Positions 18,219 through 27,488 of a stretch of 41,858 nt of DNA are shown here, one piece after another. Location of the stretch: positions 1 through 41,858 of the forward strand of contig CAYHBD010000047.1 of the NCBI GenBank assembly GCA_964354805.1, written 5' to 3'. Under the pieces are notes generated by a model. It searched no databases. It was not told the DNA's origin and saw only the letters and a list, made by a program, of their open reading frames with translations. Position numbers and translations under genes: made by a program. Every line of letters begins with the position of its first letter. Position 1 is the first letter of the stretch. Source of the stretch: an uncultured archaeon. GTDB taxonomy: Archaea; Iainarchaeota; Iainarchaeia; Iainarchaeales; GCA-2688035.

Positions 18219-18440
18219 TCAAGCACTTACTGCAATAGAACAAACCTTTGCTTTACGCAGAGGGTGCTGCTCAAGCATTGTTTGAACATCCTCATCATCC
18301 AAGTAGAGTTCAACAGCTTCCCGAAGGTTGCCGAGGGCAAGCTTTTCAGTTCTCCCTTGGCTTGCAACACCAAGCTCAGGGCACAAGGCAACAAAGGCAA
18401 TAGGCCCCTTTGTGACAATAGCAGACAATTTTCTTTCCAC
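18219..18440 (-). CDS. hicB: HicB family antitoxin (short form)
   Basis: ALCPELGVASQG.T...A..NLREAVELYL; GTG start. Confidence 0.88.
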   Translation of the reverse strand: MERKLSAIVTKGPIAFVALCPELGVASQGRTEKLALGNLREAVELYLDDEDVQTMLEQHPLRKAKVCSIAVSA

Positions 18441-18556
18441 CTCAATTCACCTGAAAAATTTATTGTAGCACAGAATATAAAAATCCTTTTGTATGTAAAA
18501 AAATTATTTTACAACCACAATTATCTTTTTAATCCTTTACCACTTTAATCCTTTCC

Positions 18557-19471
18557 ATGCAGGAAAGAACTGGGTTGTTTTTGGTTTTTCTAACCGCAAT
18601 CGTCAGCGGTGTGAGCATTTTTGCAAACAATTTTGCGGTTCAAGGTAGCAATCCTTTTGTATTCACTTTCCTGAAAAACGCGGTTGTAGCTGTTTTCCTC
18701 TTCTCGCTGATTTTGCTGTTAAAGGAATTCAATTCAATCAAAAGCATTTCAAGAAAACAATTGGGGCAATTGGCAGCAATCGGTTTCATTGGCGGCAGCA
18801 TTCCGTTCCTGCTTTTCTTTTACGCGCTGAAAATGACAACCGCAATCAACGCAGGCTTCCTGCACAAAACCCTGTTCATTTGGGCAACGGTATTTGCATT
18901 TGTTTTTTTGAAAGAGAAAGTGAGCAAGCGGTTTATTGCAGCAGCTGGGCTGCTGCTTGCAGGCAACTTTTTGCTTTTTGGCATCAGCTCTTTCGGCTTT
19001 GCTGAAGCACTCATTTTAATTGCGACCTTTTTGTGGGCAGCTGAGAACGTGCTCGCAAAGCATGTTCTGCGCGAATTGAGCGGCAGCATTGTTGCGTTTG
19101 GAAGAATGTTTTTTGGCTCAGTTTTCATTCTCGCATTCCTTGCTTTTTCAAACCAGCTGAATCCGATTTTTGAATTAAGTTTGAATCAGATTTATTGGGT
19201 TTTAATCAGTTCAGCCTTCCTGTTTGCATATGTTTTCACTTTTTACAGCGGACTGCGCTTTTTGCCAGTGCACAAAGCGACAGCAATTCTGCTGCTTGCC
19301 CAGCCGGTTACTGCATTTCTCTCCTTTGCCTTTTTGGGAACGCAAATTGCAGTGAGCGAAGCATTTGGCTTGCTGCTCACTGTTGCGGGAATACTGTTGA
19401 TTGCTGGCGCTGGGTGGGCATTGCATACAACAAAGCGAAGGGGCTTTTCGCTTGCAGCAGACAGAGATTGA
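18557..19471 (+). CDS. EamA/DMT family transporter
   Basis: ~10 TM helices in two repeats, ~300 aa. Confidence 0.85.
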   Translation: MQERTGLFLVFLTAIVSGVSIFANNFAVQGSNPFVFTFLKNAVVAVFLFSLILLLKEFNSIKSISRKQLGQLAAIGFIGGSIPFLLFFYALKMTTAINAGFLHKTLFIWATVFAFVFLKEKVSKRFIAAAGLLLAGNFLLFGISSFGFAEALILIATFLWAAENVLAKHVLRELSGSIVAFGRMFFGSVFILAFLAFSNQLNPIFELSLNQIYWVLISSAFLFAYVFTFYSGLRFLPVHKATAILLLAQPVTAFLSFAFLGTQIAVSEAFGLLLTVAGILLIAGAGWALHTTKRRGFSLAADRD

Positions 19472-20177
19472 CGCTCTAAAAAGAGCCTGCACTTATTCTT
19501 TTTCTCCAAACAAATTAGGCTACTGCGGCCCAGAGGGAAGCTGGCAGGCTTTTGGGCAATTTCTTTCCGCTCCAACAGAACAGAATGCCGTTGCAGCAAA
19601 AGAAGCTTTGAGAAAATTCTACGCATTGTATCCTTATTTGGAGTTGATTGCTACTGCCAACGATTTGCAGCCTTTTGATGCCGAAGTGATTGAAGCGTAC
19701 TGGATTGGAAATGGGCTGCTGCAGAATGTTCAGTACAGCGAATTGCAGAAAACAATCCTTTCATTCCAGCGGTTCGGGCTGCCGCGCTCAATTGCGGAGA
19801 AAAAAGCAGCTGAGCTGCCTGATGAATTGCTGCCGCACCACAGCACGCACGTGCTGTACGTTAACTTCATTAACCCTAAAGTACAGCCTGTTGTTGAAAA
19901 CCTGGGCAATTGCCTGATTCAGTGGGCTGAAGTTAAGGGCGAAACAAAAAAGGCGATTAAAGTGAAGGGGATTGAATTGTTTTCAGAGAATGGCGAATTA
20001 AAGCTCAGGGAAAAGGAAAAAATTGTTCAAAACCCGTTCAATCTGCAGCTGAAAGAAAAAGATTTGGTCACCGTGCACTGGGGCAGCGTGGTTGAAAAGA
20101 TTTCGTTTGACGAATTAAAGCGATTGAAAAAATTCACTGAGGAAACGCTTGCAGGGCTTAAGCCTTGTAATCAATGA
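19452..20177 (+). CDS. DUF6390-like protein with a HypC-like C-terminal segment
   Basis: YSFSPNKLGYCGP, YPYLELIA, EAYWIGN, PHH; C-terminal CL.....V and DLVTVHWG..VEKIS; TTG start inferred; family name recalled, not searched. Confidence 0.65.
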   Translation: MQQTEIDALKRACTYSFSPNKLGYCGPEGSWQAFGQFLSAPTEQNAVAAKEALRKFYALYPYLELIATANDLQPFDAEVIEAYWIGNGLLQNVQYSELQKTILSFQRFGLPRSIAEKKAAELPDELLPHHSTHVLYVNFINPKVQPVVENLGNCLIQWAEVKGETKKAIKVKGIELFSENGELKLREKEKIVQNPFNLQLKEKDLVTVHWGSVVEKISFDELKRLKKFTEETLAGLKPCNQ

Positions 20178-20327
20178 TGCTGCCTGAATCTGGTTTATTA
20201 TTCCCAGGCAATTGCTTTCGTGGCTGGTTTCTTTTTTTGCCCTGAAGCATTTGCGGATTGCCCCTTTTAAGCCTGCTTAGCCCTGCAATCTTCAAAATAT
20301 GTCGAATGCGGTAATATGGATTAATTT

Positions 20328-20528
20328 TCATTCAAACACCTCCAGTGCTTCTCTTGCCTCTTTCTCGCTGATTCTTTCAATAGCAAAGCCCTGCTGGACC
20401 AAAACGAATTCGCCTTTCTTTGCATTGATTGCATTAAACACTTCCCTCTGCACCCCGGGCTGCTCAATTAAAACTTTTTTTCCTTTCTCCCGCAATTCAA
20501 TTACCTTTCCCGGAATCGCCAAGCACAT
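20328..20528 (-). CDS. hypC: HypC/HupF hydrogenase maturation chaperone (atypical)
   Basis: MCLAIPGKV start; GEFVLVQQGFAIERI..EEA-like. Confidence 0.9.
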   Translation of the reverse strand: MCLAIPGKVIELREKGKKVLIEQPGVQREVFNAINAKKGEFVLVQQGFAIERISEKEAREALEVFE

Positions 20529-20595
20529 TTTTTGCCACAAAAGTATAATGATTTAAAACCCTTTTTTAACCTATTCTTCCTAAAGGTTGTGGAAA

Positions 20596-20772
20596 ATGGT
20601 TGCTGTAAACGACCCGGAAAAATGCTGTTACTGCGCTGGCTGCCCAATAGTGTGCCCTGTTGCGGCAATTGAACTGCAGGAAACGCGCATCGTTATAGAT
20701 GCAGAAAAATGCACTGACTGCGGAGCATGCGTCAGGGTCTGCCCAGTCGGGGCAATGAGCATAAAGAAGTGA
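20596..20772 (+). CDS. 2[4Fe-4S] ferredoxin
   Basis: CCYCAGCPIVCP and CTDCGACVRVCP. Confidence 0.92.
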   Translation: MVAVNDPEKCCYCAGCPIVCPVAAIELQETRIVIDAEKCTDCGACVRVCPVGAMSIKK

Positions 20773-20826
20773 TGGTGAGATCGCCTTTTGTAAAAAATGG
20801 CTGGTGGAATGAAAAGTGGTGGAAAA

Positions 20827-21024
20827 ATGCCTGTTGTGAAAATTGATTTATTGCAGGGGAGAAGTGCCAAGCAGAAGGAAAAGCTGGCGAAAGCGATTTT
20901 GGGTGCTTTCGAAGAAAACGATATTCCGAAAGAGTGGGTTACAATTGTTTTCAATGACAACCCTGTCGAGAACTGGGTTGTGAGCGGGGAAATGCTTTCA
21001 GAAAAATTGAAAAAAGAAAAGTGA
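20827..21024 (+). CDS. 4-oxalocrotonate tautomerase family protein
   Basis: MP start (catalytic Pro1), GRS..QK..L, ENW..SG. Confidence 0.85.
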   Translation: MPVVKIDLLQGRSAKQKEKLAKAILGAFEENDIPKEWVTIVFNDNPVENWVVSGEMLSEKLKKEK

Positions 21025-21030
21025 ACTAAA

Positions 21031-21112
21031 ATGCAGCAATTTGATGTAATTTTTGTGGATTTTTTTGGCGGGCGGTTTTGAGATGCAGCAGTTTGATGTA
21101 ATAATTGTTGGA
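21031..21112 (+). repeat. Echo of the GGR start, 52 bp upstream
   Basis: MQQFDVIFV (21031) vs MQQFDVIIV (21083), with CAA/CAG, ATT/ATA and GTG/GTT synonymous differences. Confidence 0.85.
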
Positions 21113-22273
21113 GCTGGCCCAGCCGGCTTGAGGGCTGCAATAAAGCTTGCGGAAGGGAAAGCAAAAGTGTTGTGTGTTGACAAAAAGCAGGAAATCGGCG
21201 TTCCAAAGAGATGCGGCGAAGGCTTTGGCCTGGCTTGGATGAAACGCTTGGGCTTAAAGCTGGATAAGCGCTGGTGCCTGCAGCCAATGTACGGCGCTGT
21301 GCTTTATGCTCCAAGCATGCGCAGTGTTCAAATAAAATTCAACAAAGTTTCAGGATATGTGATTGAGAGAAGGGTTTTTGAGAAGCAGCTTGCAATAGAG
21401 GCTGCATCGCATGGGGCTGTGGTTAAAACAAAGTGCAATGCGCACGGCTTTGAGAGAAAAGACGGTGAAGTCATTGTAACCTGCATTGAGCAGGGGGAGG
21501 AAAAGCAGTACTCTGCTCCCTTGGTAATTGCTGCTGACGGCACTGAAAGCCTTGCCGCAAGAAAGCTCGGGCTGAATACTGCGATCAGCCTGAATGACAT
21601 TGATTCAGGTTACCAGTACGAGATGGCAAACATTTCTTTTGAAAACCCGAATTGCATTAACCTTTTCTTTGGAAGGGAAATTGCACCGCGTGGTTATTGC
21701 TGGATTTTCCCGAAGGGAAAGCATCACGCAAATGTAGGTGTTGGCATTGCAGGAGCGGAGCAGCGCACAGCCAAACAATATCTGGACAAATTCATTGAAA
21801 GCCAGCCAGGATTGCGGAACGGCAGCATAATTGAAGTGAATGCCGGGACAATTCCGGTCGGCGCATTCTTGGATGAAATGACAGCAGACAATTTGCTTGT
21901 GGTCGGGGATGCCGCGCATCAGGTGAACCCAGTGCACGGCGGCGGAATCGGCATAGCAATGGATGCAGCTGACATTGCAAGTGCTGTTGCGCTAAAAGCT
22001 TTGAGGAAAAAAGATTTCTCGCATGCTTTCCTGCGCCAGTACACTGCGCAATGGTACGAGAAAAGGGGCAACAGCCTGCGCAAATCGCTCAAGCGCAGGC
22101 ACATGCTGGAGATGCTGACCGACGACAACTTTGAAACGCTTGCAATGAGCATTACTGGCGATGATGTAATGAAAATTTTCGAGGGGGACATTATTTCCTC
22201 GGCAAAAATGGTTGCAAAAAAGCTGATAAAGCACCCAAAGCTCGTTAAAGTGATGCTGCAATATTTGAGGTAA
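21083..22273 (+). CDS. Geranylgeranyl reductase (digeranylgeranylglycerophospholipid reductase family)
   Basis: GAGPAG, P.RCGEG, APRGYCWIFPK, VGDAA.QVNP..GGGI. Confidence 0.9.
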   Translation: MQQFDVIIVGAGPAGLRAAIKLAEGKAKVLCVDKKQEIGVPKRCGEGFGLAWMKRLGLKLDKRWCLQPMYGAVLYAPSMRSVQIKFNKVSGYVIERRVFEKQLAIEAASHGAVVKTKCNAHGFERKDGEVIVTCIEQGEEKQYSAPLVIAADGTESLAARKLGLNTAISLNDIDSGYQYEMANISFENPNCINLFFGREIAPRGYCWIFPKGKHHANVGVGIAGAEQRTAKQYLDKFIESQPGLRNGSIIEVNAGTIPVGAFLDEMTADNLLVVGDAAHQVNPVHGGGIGIAMDAADIASAVALKALRKKDFSHAFLRQYTAQWYEKRGNSLRKSLKRRHMLEMLTDDNFETLAMSITGDDVMKIFEGDIISSAKMVAKKLIKHPKLVKVMLQYLR

Positions 22274-22313
22274 ATTGGTTTGGCGCCCAAGGCTGATAAG
22301 TGGTGCTGCAATA
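22231..22313 (+). repeat. Echo of the GGR 3' region, offset ~50 bp
   Basis: GCACCCAAAGCT..AAGTGATGCTGCAATA vs GCGCCCAAGGCT..AAGTGGTGCTGCAATA. Confidence 0.7.
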
Positions 22314-22336
22314 ACCCTGCGATGAATTTGTTTTAT

Positions 22337-24340
22337 TCAAATTGGATGTTCACTTGGTTTTTTCTCTTCCAATTGCGCTTTTTTTCTCGCTTCCCTTGAG
22401 TAAGCGAATATTATTGCGCCGAATACCACTGTCATGCCTATGTCCGCGAGCGGGCTGAAGAATATTACCTCGCTGCCTGCTGCAGCGCTTGCAATCGCAT
22501 CTGGCAGCGTGCTAAAATTTGCCATGCCGTGCAGTATTATTGCTGCTGCAACCGCCGGCAGGAAGAAGAGAAGCGATGATTTTCCGCTTCTCTCTTTGAA
22601 GAAGCCCATTACTGCGCCTGTTGTTGCAGTAATCCAGCCGTGGCCCAAGCAGCTGAATATTGAGCGGTAGAATAAAAGGAAAACCCAGGCGCTTAGTTCA
22701 ATTCCAAGAGAGGCAGGGGAATAATTTGAAAAATACAGCCAGTTTTCGGTTAATGCAAAGCCCAAGCCAATGCTGAAGCCATACACTATTCCATCCAATG
22801 CGCCGTTCATTTCGCTGTGCTTTGAAATAGCGAAAATTCCAAGCCCTTTTGACAATTCTTCAACCACAGGCGCTATAACGATTGCTAAAAAGAGGAATGC
22901 AAGCCCGCCTGCCTGCCGGATTGGCGTAAATATGCTTGTGTTAACCACCAAAGCGATTGCCGATGCAACAAGGCCCCATAAAAGCATTGAGAAAACAAAG
23001 CGCAGAGGCTCTCTTTCGTACACGTCAGCCAGCCATATCACTATTAAGAAGACCGCCGGAAAAACCAAAGCGAAAACCCCGGATATTATAAAAGAGTCAA
23101 TGTAGTATGCAACAGCTGTCGGGCTGTAATTCAGCGTAAAGAGCTGCCATACATCCAAAACAGCGATTAGGATTTCAAATGCCCAGAAAGCAGGGTGCAA
23201 AAAGATTCTTGCTATTATGTGCTGCTTTTCGTATTTTTTTCTTTCCCTTTTGCTTCTGAAGAGCACGGCAAGTGCAATAAAAACAGTTAAAGCAAAAACA
23301 AACAAGCCAATTGCAATTGCTGGTGAAACCATTGCGTGAGTGAACTCTTCTTTTGCGGTGAATTGGTTCAAATCCAATTGGTTGAATCCATCGCCTGAAA
23401 TCTGCCCAGTTGTTTCCTCTTCATTTGCAGGTGCTTTAATTGCCTCAAAAGCACCGCTTGCGCCAGCGCCATAAAATACTGCGAAAACAAGAATTGCACC
23501 AGCAATGACTGCAATAAGAACAGTTAATCCAGCTAAAACAAACACACTGTTGTCATTCTTTTTTAAAACAAGCCCCTTAGCCGGTAGCGGATTTCTGCGC
23601 AGGAAAATTCCGGCAAAAAATAGGCTTAACGCAATCCGGTATACAACCGCTAACACAAGGTCAATAACAAAAATAAAGATTGCGCCAAGCAAAGCAATCC
23701 ACACAACCTGAGAAAATTGCATGTTTGCGTTAGCAGCGTCCTGCATTAAATATCCAATCTGGGAAGGAAAAAAAGCCGGGTAGATTGAATTAAAGAAAAG
23801 AAAGAAAAGCCCTACCGCGCTGAACAGAAAAACAGTTGCAACAACCAACGCTTGGGTAAATGACAAAAGCACTGAATAAAGAAAACCGAACCCGTGTTGT
23901 TGAATGCATTTTCTGCAAATCCTGTAAGTGTTAAAGGAAATAAGAATAAATCCAACCAATGCAAACGGCGTGGACACTAATCCAACAATTGGGATAAAAT
24001 GAAGAAAAAGCAGAAAAATAAAAAAAAGCGATTCAGTTAAAATCGGCCAAAAAAACAAGCCCTTATCGCTCTTAAGAATCTGCCAAAACCCGGTCTCGTT
24101 CGCAGGGCCCGTGCCAACCATTTCTTTTGCCTGGATGCCAACGCTGGCCTGATTTGCCTGAGCTGCAGCAACAGGCTGCATTGGAACAGCTTGAGCAATT
24201 TGCGCTCTCTCGCCCAAAACCTCATCCAAAGGCACGGTGGGAATACCTGCTTCAACCATGCCCTGCCTTAATTCCTCGGCAGACGTTCCAGCATTCAGCT
24301 TTTTTCTAATGTATGCCCTCAGGTCTTCGCTTTCATCCAT
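22337..24340 (-). CDS. PrsW family intramembrane glutamic protease with a long N-terminal multi-TM extension
   Basis: APVVEELSKG, DGIVYG..GLGFALTEN, GH, LHGMAN. Confidence 0.85.
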   Translation of the reverse strand: MDESEDLRAYIRKKLNAGTSAEELRQGMVEAGIPTVPLDEVLGERAQIAQAVPMQPVAAAQANQASVGIQAKEMVGTGPANETGFWQILKSDKGLFFWPILTESLFFIFLLFLHFIPIVGLVSTPFALVGFILISFNTYRICRKCIQQHGFGFLYSVLLSFTQALVVATVFLFSAVGLFFLFFNSIYPAFFPSQIGYLMQDAANANMQFSQVVWIALLGAIFIFVIDLVLAVVYRIALSLFFAGIFLRRNPLPAKGLVLKKNDNSVFVLAGLTVLIAVIAGAILVFAVFYGAGASGAFEAIKAPANEEETTGQISGDGFNQLDLNQFTAKEEFTHAMVSPAIAIGLFVFALTVFIALAVLFRSKRERKKYEKQHIIARIFLHPAFWAFEILIAVLDVWQLFTLNYSPTAVAYYIDSFIISGVFALVFPAVFLIVIWLADVYEREPLRFVFSMLLWGLVASAIALVVNTSIFTPIRQAGGLAFLFLAIVIAPVVEELSKGLGIFAISKHSEMNGALDGIVYGFSIGLGFALTENWLYFSNYSPASLGIELSAWVFLLFYRSIFSCLGHGWITATTGAVMGFFKERSGKSSLLFFLPAVAAAIILHGMANFSTLPDAIASAAAGSEVIFFSPLADIGMTVVFGAIIFAYSREARKKAQLEEKKPSEHPI

Positions 24341-24558
24341 TCTACAATTTCCCCAGAAGATTGCATATATTGAAGGCATTTTTTTCTATTTATTTGTTTG
24401 CCCTTGCAGGAAATTCCAATTGAAGCATGTCAAAAACTGCTAAATAAATTCAGCGGCATGTTACAGTTTTTGACAGACAATAAGCCCCATAAAGCCGCTG
24501 GTTCAGTGGGGTTATTGGATTTAAAGCAGTTTTCCTGCAATATTTCTTTTGACCAAAA

Positions 24559-25683
24559 ATGCAGATGCCAAACCTAACGCTTGCATACCAGATTGCGGAG
24601 CTAAAGCCGGCAGTGGAAGGCGGCATTGTGCGAAACGTGCAGGAGCTGAGCAACGGCTGGCTGAAGCTGCGGTTGCAATCAAAACAGGGCAGCAGGGATT
24701 TGATTATTGCGCCTGCTGCCTTCTTTTTAACCAGCTACAGCTTTCCAGCAAAGCAAATGACTTCAGGCTACGGCGCTTTCCTGCGAAAGCACTTGCGGAA
24801 CAAGAGAATTGTTTCCCTGCAGCAGCACGGTTTTGACAGGGTTGCATTGCTCGAATTCCCAGAGAGCACTCTTGTTCTGGAATTGTTTGCGAAAGGAAAC
24901 ATTCTCTTAATTGACAAAGAACAGCAGATTCTTTCCGCTTTCAGGAAAGAGCAGTGGAAAGACAGAATACTGCGGAAAGCGCAGCAATACATTTTTCCCT
25001 CGAGCAAGGGAGCAAACCCCTTGCAGGCAAAGGCAAGCGAATTGCGCAAGCTTTTTGCCAAAAGCGAAACAGACGCAGTGAGAGCACTGATAAGCGCAGC
25101 TAACATTGCCCCAGTATTTGCCGAAGCGGCCTGCACAGCAGCAGGTGTCATGGAAAAAAAAGCCAGTGCTTTGAATGAAAAGGAGATTGAAAAAGTTTGC
25201 AGGCAGGTAAAAGAAATTTATTCAGTTGATTTGAATAGAACAAACCCTGTTCTAATTGAAAAAAATGGAGAACAAATTTTGCTGCCTTTCCAGTTGCAAT
25301 TGCCCAGCATAAAAACAGTGCAGGTATTTGATTCGGTGAATGCTGCAATTGACTTAATTTATAGCGCACAATTTGCAGCTCCTGCCGCAGGGCCTGAACA
25401 GAAAGCGTTTGAGAAAAAAAGGCAGCAGCTGCTGCACAGCATTGAAGAACAGAAGAAAGGAGTAGCAGAACTGCAGCAGGCTGTTGAATTAAACCAGGCA
25501 AAAGCCAACGCAATTTACCTGAATTACCAGCAGATAGCGAAACTGCTTGCGGAAGCCAAACACATAAAAGAGGAAAAAAACACCGAGACTTCTGTTATGT
25601 ATAATTGGCAACTACGTTTCCCTTTTCTGCAAAAAGTTGATTTCAAAAAAGGGAAAGCTATTATTTCTTTGCTGGAAAAATAA
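24559..25683 (+). CDS. NFACT/RqcH (FbpA) N-terminal-only protein
   Basis: LRKHL, Q..FDR, LVLELF.KGNILL, Y..P, HhH-like region, coiled coil; ends before NFACT-R. Confidence 0.8.
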   Translation: MQMPNLTLAYQIAELKPAVEGGIVRNVQELSNGWLKLRLQSKQGSRDLIIAPAAFFLTSYSFPAKQMTSGYGAFLRKHLRNKRIVSLQQHGFDRVALLEFPESTLVLELFAKGNILLIDKEQQILSAFRKEQWKDRILRKAQQYIFPSSKGANPLQAKASELRKLFAKSETDAVRALISAANIAPVFAEAACTAAGVMEKKASALNEKEIEKVCRQVKEIYSVDLNRTNPVLIEKNGEQILLPFQLQLPSIKTVQVFDSVNAAIDLIYSAQFAAPAAGPEQKAFEKKRQQLLHSIEEQKKGVAELQQAVELNQAKANAIYLNYQQIAKLLAEAKHIKEEKNTETSVMYNWQLRFPFLQKVDFKKGKAIISLLEK

Positions 25684-25703
25684 AGGAAGCGGAAAATTTT
25701 TGC

Positions 25704-25979
25704 TCAGTGGCCTGATGCTATTTCCCTTTCGTCAACAATGAACACGTCGCTTACCGCTGTGACCGCACTGTATGGTATCTCTACAACCCTTTCCTTTGGG
25801 TTTATTCTCTTGATTAATTTGCTTTCCCTGTCCACTTCGACCATCAGGTGCTCTATTTCGCCGCTTGATTCATTGACCATTAAGTCAATCAGCTTTCCTA
25901 CTTCTTCGCCTCTATTCGTTATAACCCTTTTTGTGGCAAGTTGTCTTGCAATAGTGTACTTATACACCCCTTTCACCAT
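25704..25979 (-). CDS. Archaeal PRC-barrel protein (CdpB-like, possible cell-division role)
   Basis: K.V.T..G..VG...D...SG.I..L, IPYSAV.AVSDVFIV. Confidence 0.8.
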   Translation of the reverse strand: MVKGVYKYTIARQLATKRVITNRGEEVGKLIDLMVNESSGEIEHLMVEVDRESKLIKRINPKERVVEIPYSAVTAVSDVFIVDEREIASGH

Positions 25980-26128
25980 CCTTAATTTTGTGGCATATAA
26001 ATTTTATATATTGCCACTTTTTTTTGATGAAACTTTTTCCAAAAGTTTCTTGTGTTAAAATAAAAAAGGTGAACTTCTTTATAAATGTTTCCATTTCCCC
26101 GCTCTTATACATAAAGCCATTTTACTCT

Positions 26129-26166
26129 TTTCCCAAGGCTTTTTTGCGAACAAAAAAGGCTTTTTT
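26129..26166 (+). repeat. Dispersed palindromic motif TTTCCCAAGGCTTTTTGC (also at 28171 + and 16450-16467 -)
   Basis: Near-identical 18-mers; hairpin CTTTTTTG-cgaa-CAAAAAAG. Confidence 0.6.
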
Positions 26167-26193
26167 AAAGATTTTGGCAGCAATTTTTTCATT

Positions 26194-27144
26194 ATGCACT
26201 CTGCAGAAGAGTATTTCAGCAAAGAATTAATCACAATGTTCAAGCGGCAGCAGTACAAGCTGTTCGGCCACAGCGCGGTGAAGCTATGCCATTGGACAAA
26301 AAGCTCACTCTACAGAAACAAGCCATGCTACAAGCAGCGCTTCTACGGAATCCAATCGCACAGGTGCCTGCAATTTTCTCCTGCTGTTGCTTTCTGTGAC
26401 CAGAACTGCGTGTTCTGCTGGAGGCCGCTCACAGCATTCAGCCGCTTTCCGAAGAAATTTGATGAACCAAAAGAAATAATTGACGAAGCAATAAGGCAGC
26501 AGAGGGTTCTGCTAAGCGGCTATGGCGAATTCAAGGAAAAAATCGGCGAAAAAAAGCTGAGGGAAGCAAACAACCCGAACAATGCAGCTATATCGCTCAG
26601 CGGCGAGCCAACTCTTTACCCAAAAATCAGCGAACTGGTTTCTGAATTCCGCAAAAGGCGCTTCACCACTTTCCTTGTTTCAAACGGAATGCACCCCAAG
26701 GTTCTTGCAGAAATGCGCTTGCCAACACAGTTGTATGTTTCGCTGGAAGCGCCAAGCGAGGCACTGCATAAGCGAATCAATGCTCCCTTAATCAAGAACA
26801 GCTGGCAGCGTTTGAATGAAACAATTGCATTGCTCCCTTCCCTGCGCACAAGAAAGGCAATTCGGCTCACTGCAATAAGGGGCTTGAACATGTCGCATGA
26901 AAGGGAATTCGCTGCTTTGATTGAAAAAGCCCAGCCGGATTTTTTGGAAGTGAAAAGTTATATGTTTGTTGGCTACAGCAGGCAGAGGCTTCAAATTGAA
27001 AACATGCCACTGCATAACGAGGTTAAATCCTTTGCAGAAAAAATTAATAACCACTTAAACTATTATCTAGTTGATGAAAGCAAGGAAAGCAGGGTAGTGC
27101 TGCTTTCAAGGAAAAAGAAAGGATTGAAAATAAAGCGAGATTAA
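26194..27144 (+). CDS. taw1: 4-demethylwyosine synthase (radical SAM, TYW1/Taw1)
   Basis: HSAVKLCHWTK, CYK..FYGI.SHRC, CDQNCVFCWR, SLSGEPT, EVKSYMFVGYSR. Confidence 0.95.
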   Translation: MHSAEEYFSKELITMFKRQQYKLFGHSAVKLCHWTKSSLYRNKPCYKQRFYGIQSHRCLQFSPAVAFCDQNCVFCWRPLTAFSRFPKKFDEPKEIIDEAIRQQRVLLSGYGEFKEKIGEKKLREANNPNNAAISLSGEPTLYPKISELVSEFRKRRFTTFLVSNGMHPKVLAEMRLPTQLYVSLEAPSEALHKRINAPLIKNSWQRLNETIALLPSLRTRKAIRLTAIRGLNMSHEREFAALIEKAQPDFLEVKSYMFVGYSRQRLQIENMPLHNEVKSFAEKINNHLNYYLVDESKESRVVLLSRKKKGLKIKRD

Positions 27145-27211
27145 AGGATTTCGTTGCATTCAAAGAAAAAATAAATTTGAAAATAAAATAACATTGAAGA
27201 AGTGGTTTCTT

Positions 27212-27487
27212 ATGCCGGAAGAAGATGAAGAGGAATCGCCCAGAAGGAAGAAGAAGGGCAGGCGTGTTTTTTCAAGGAAAAGGGTTGCTTTGCTGGTTAT
27301 AGTTTTGCTTATCTTCAGCGCTGGCATTTTTGTGCAGCATTTTTTCCTTGAGCCGATGTTCGGTGAAACAGCCGAAAAATACTCAAGGTGCATGAACCAG
27401 CAGCAGGTTTTGAATGACAGATTCAATGAATGCGAAACCCAAAAAGGGTCATGCGAGTACCAGCTGCAGCAGTGCCAAGGCACTTAA
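27212..27487 (+). CDS. Small single-TM protein with a Cys-containing coiled coil
   Basis: Acidic/basic N-terminus, TM helix, heptad-spaced Cys. Confidence 0.65.
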   Translation: MPEEDEEESPRRKKKGRRVFSRKRVALLVIVLLIFSAGIFVQHFFLEPMFGETAEKYSRCMNQQQVLNDRFNECETQKGSCEYQLQQCQGT

Positions 27488-27488
27488 T

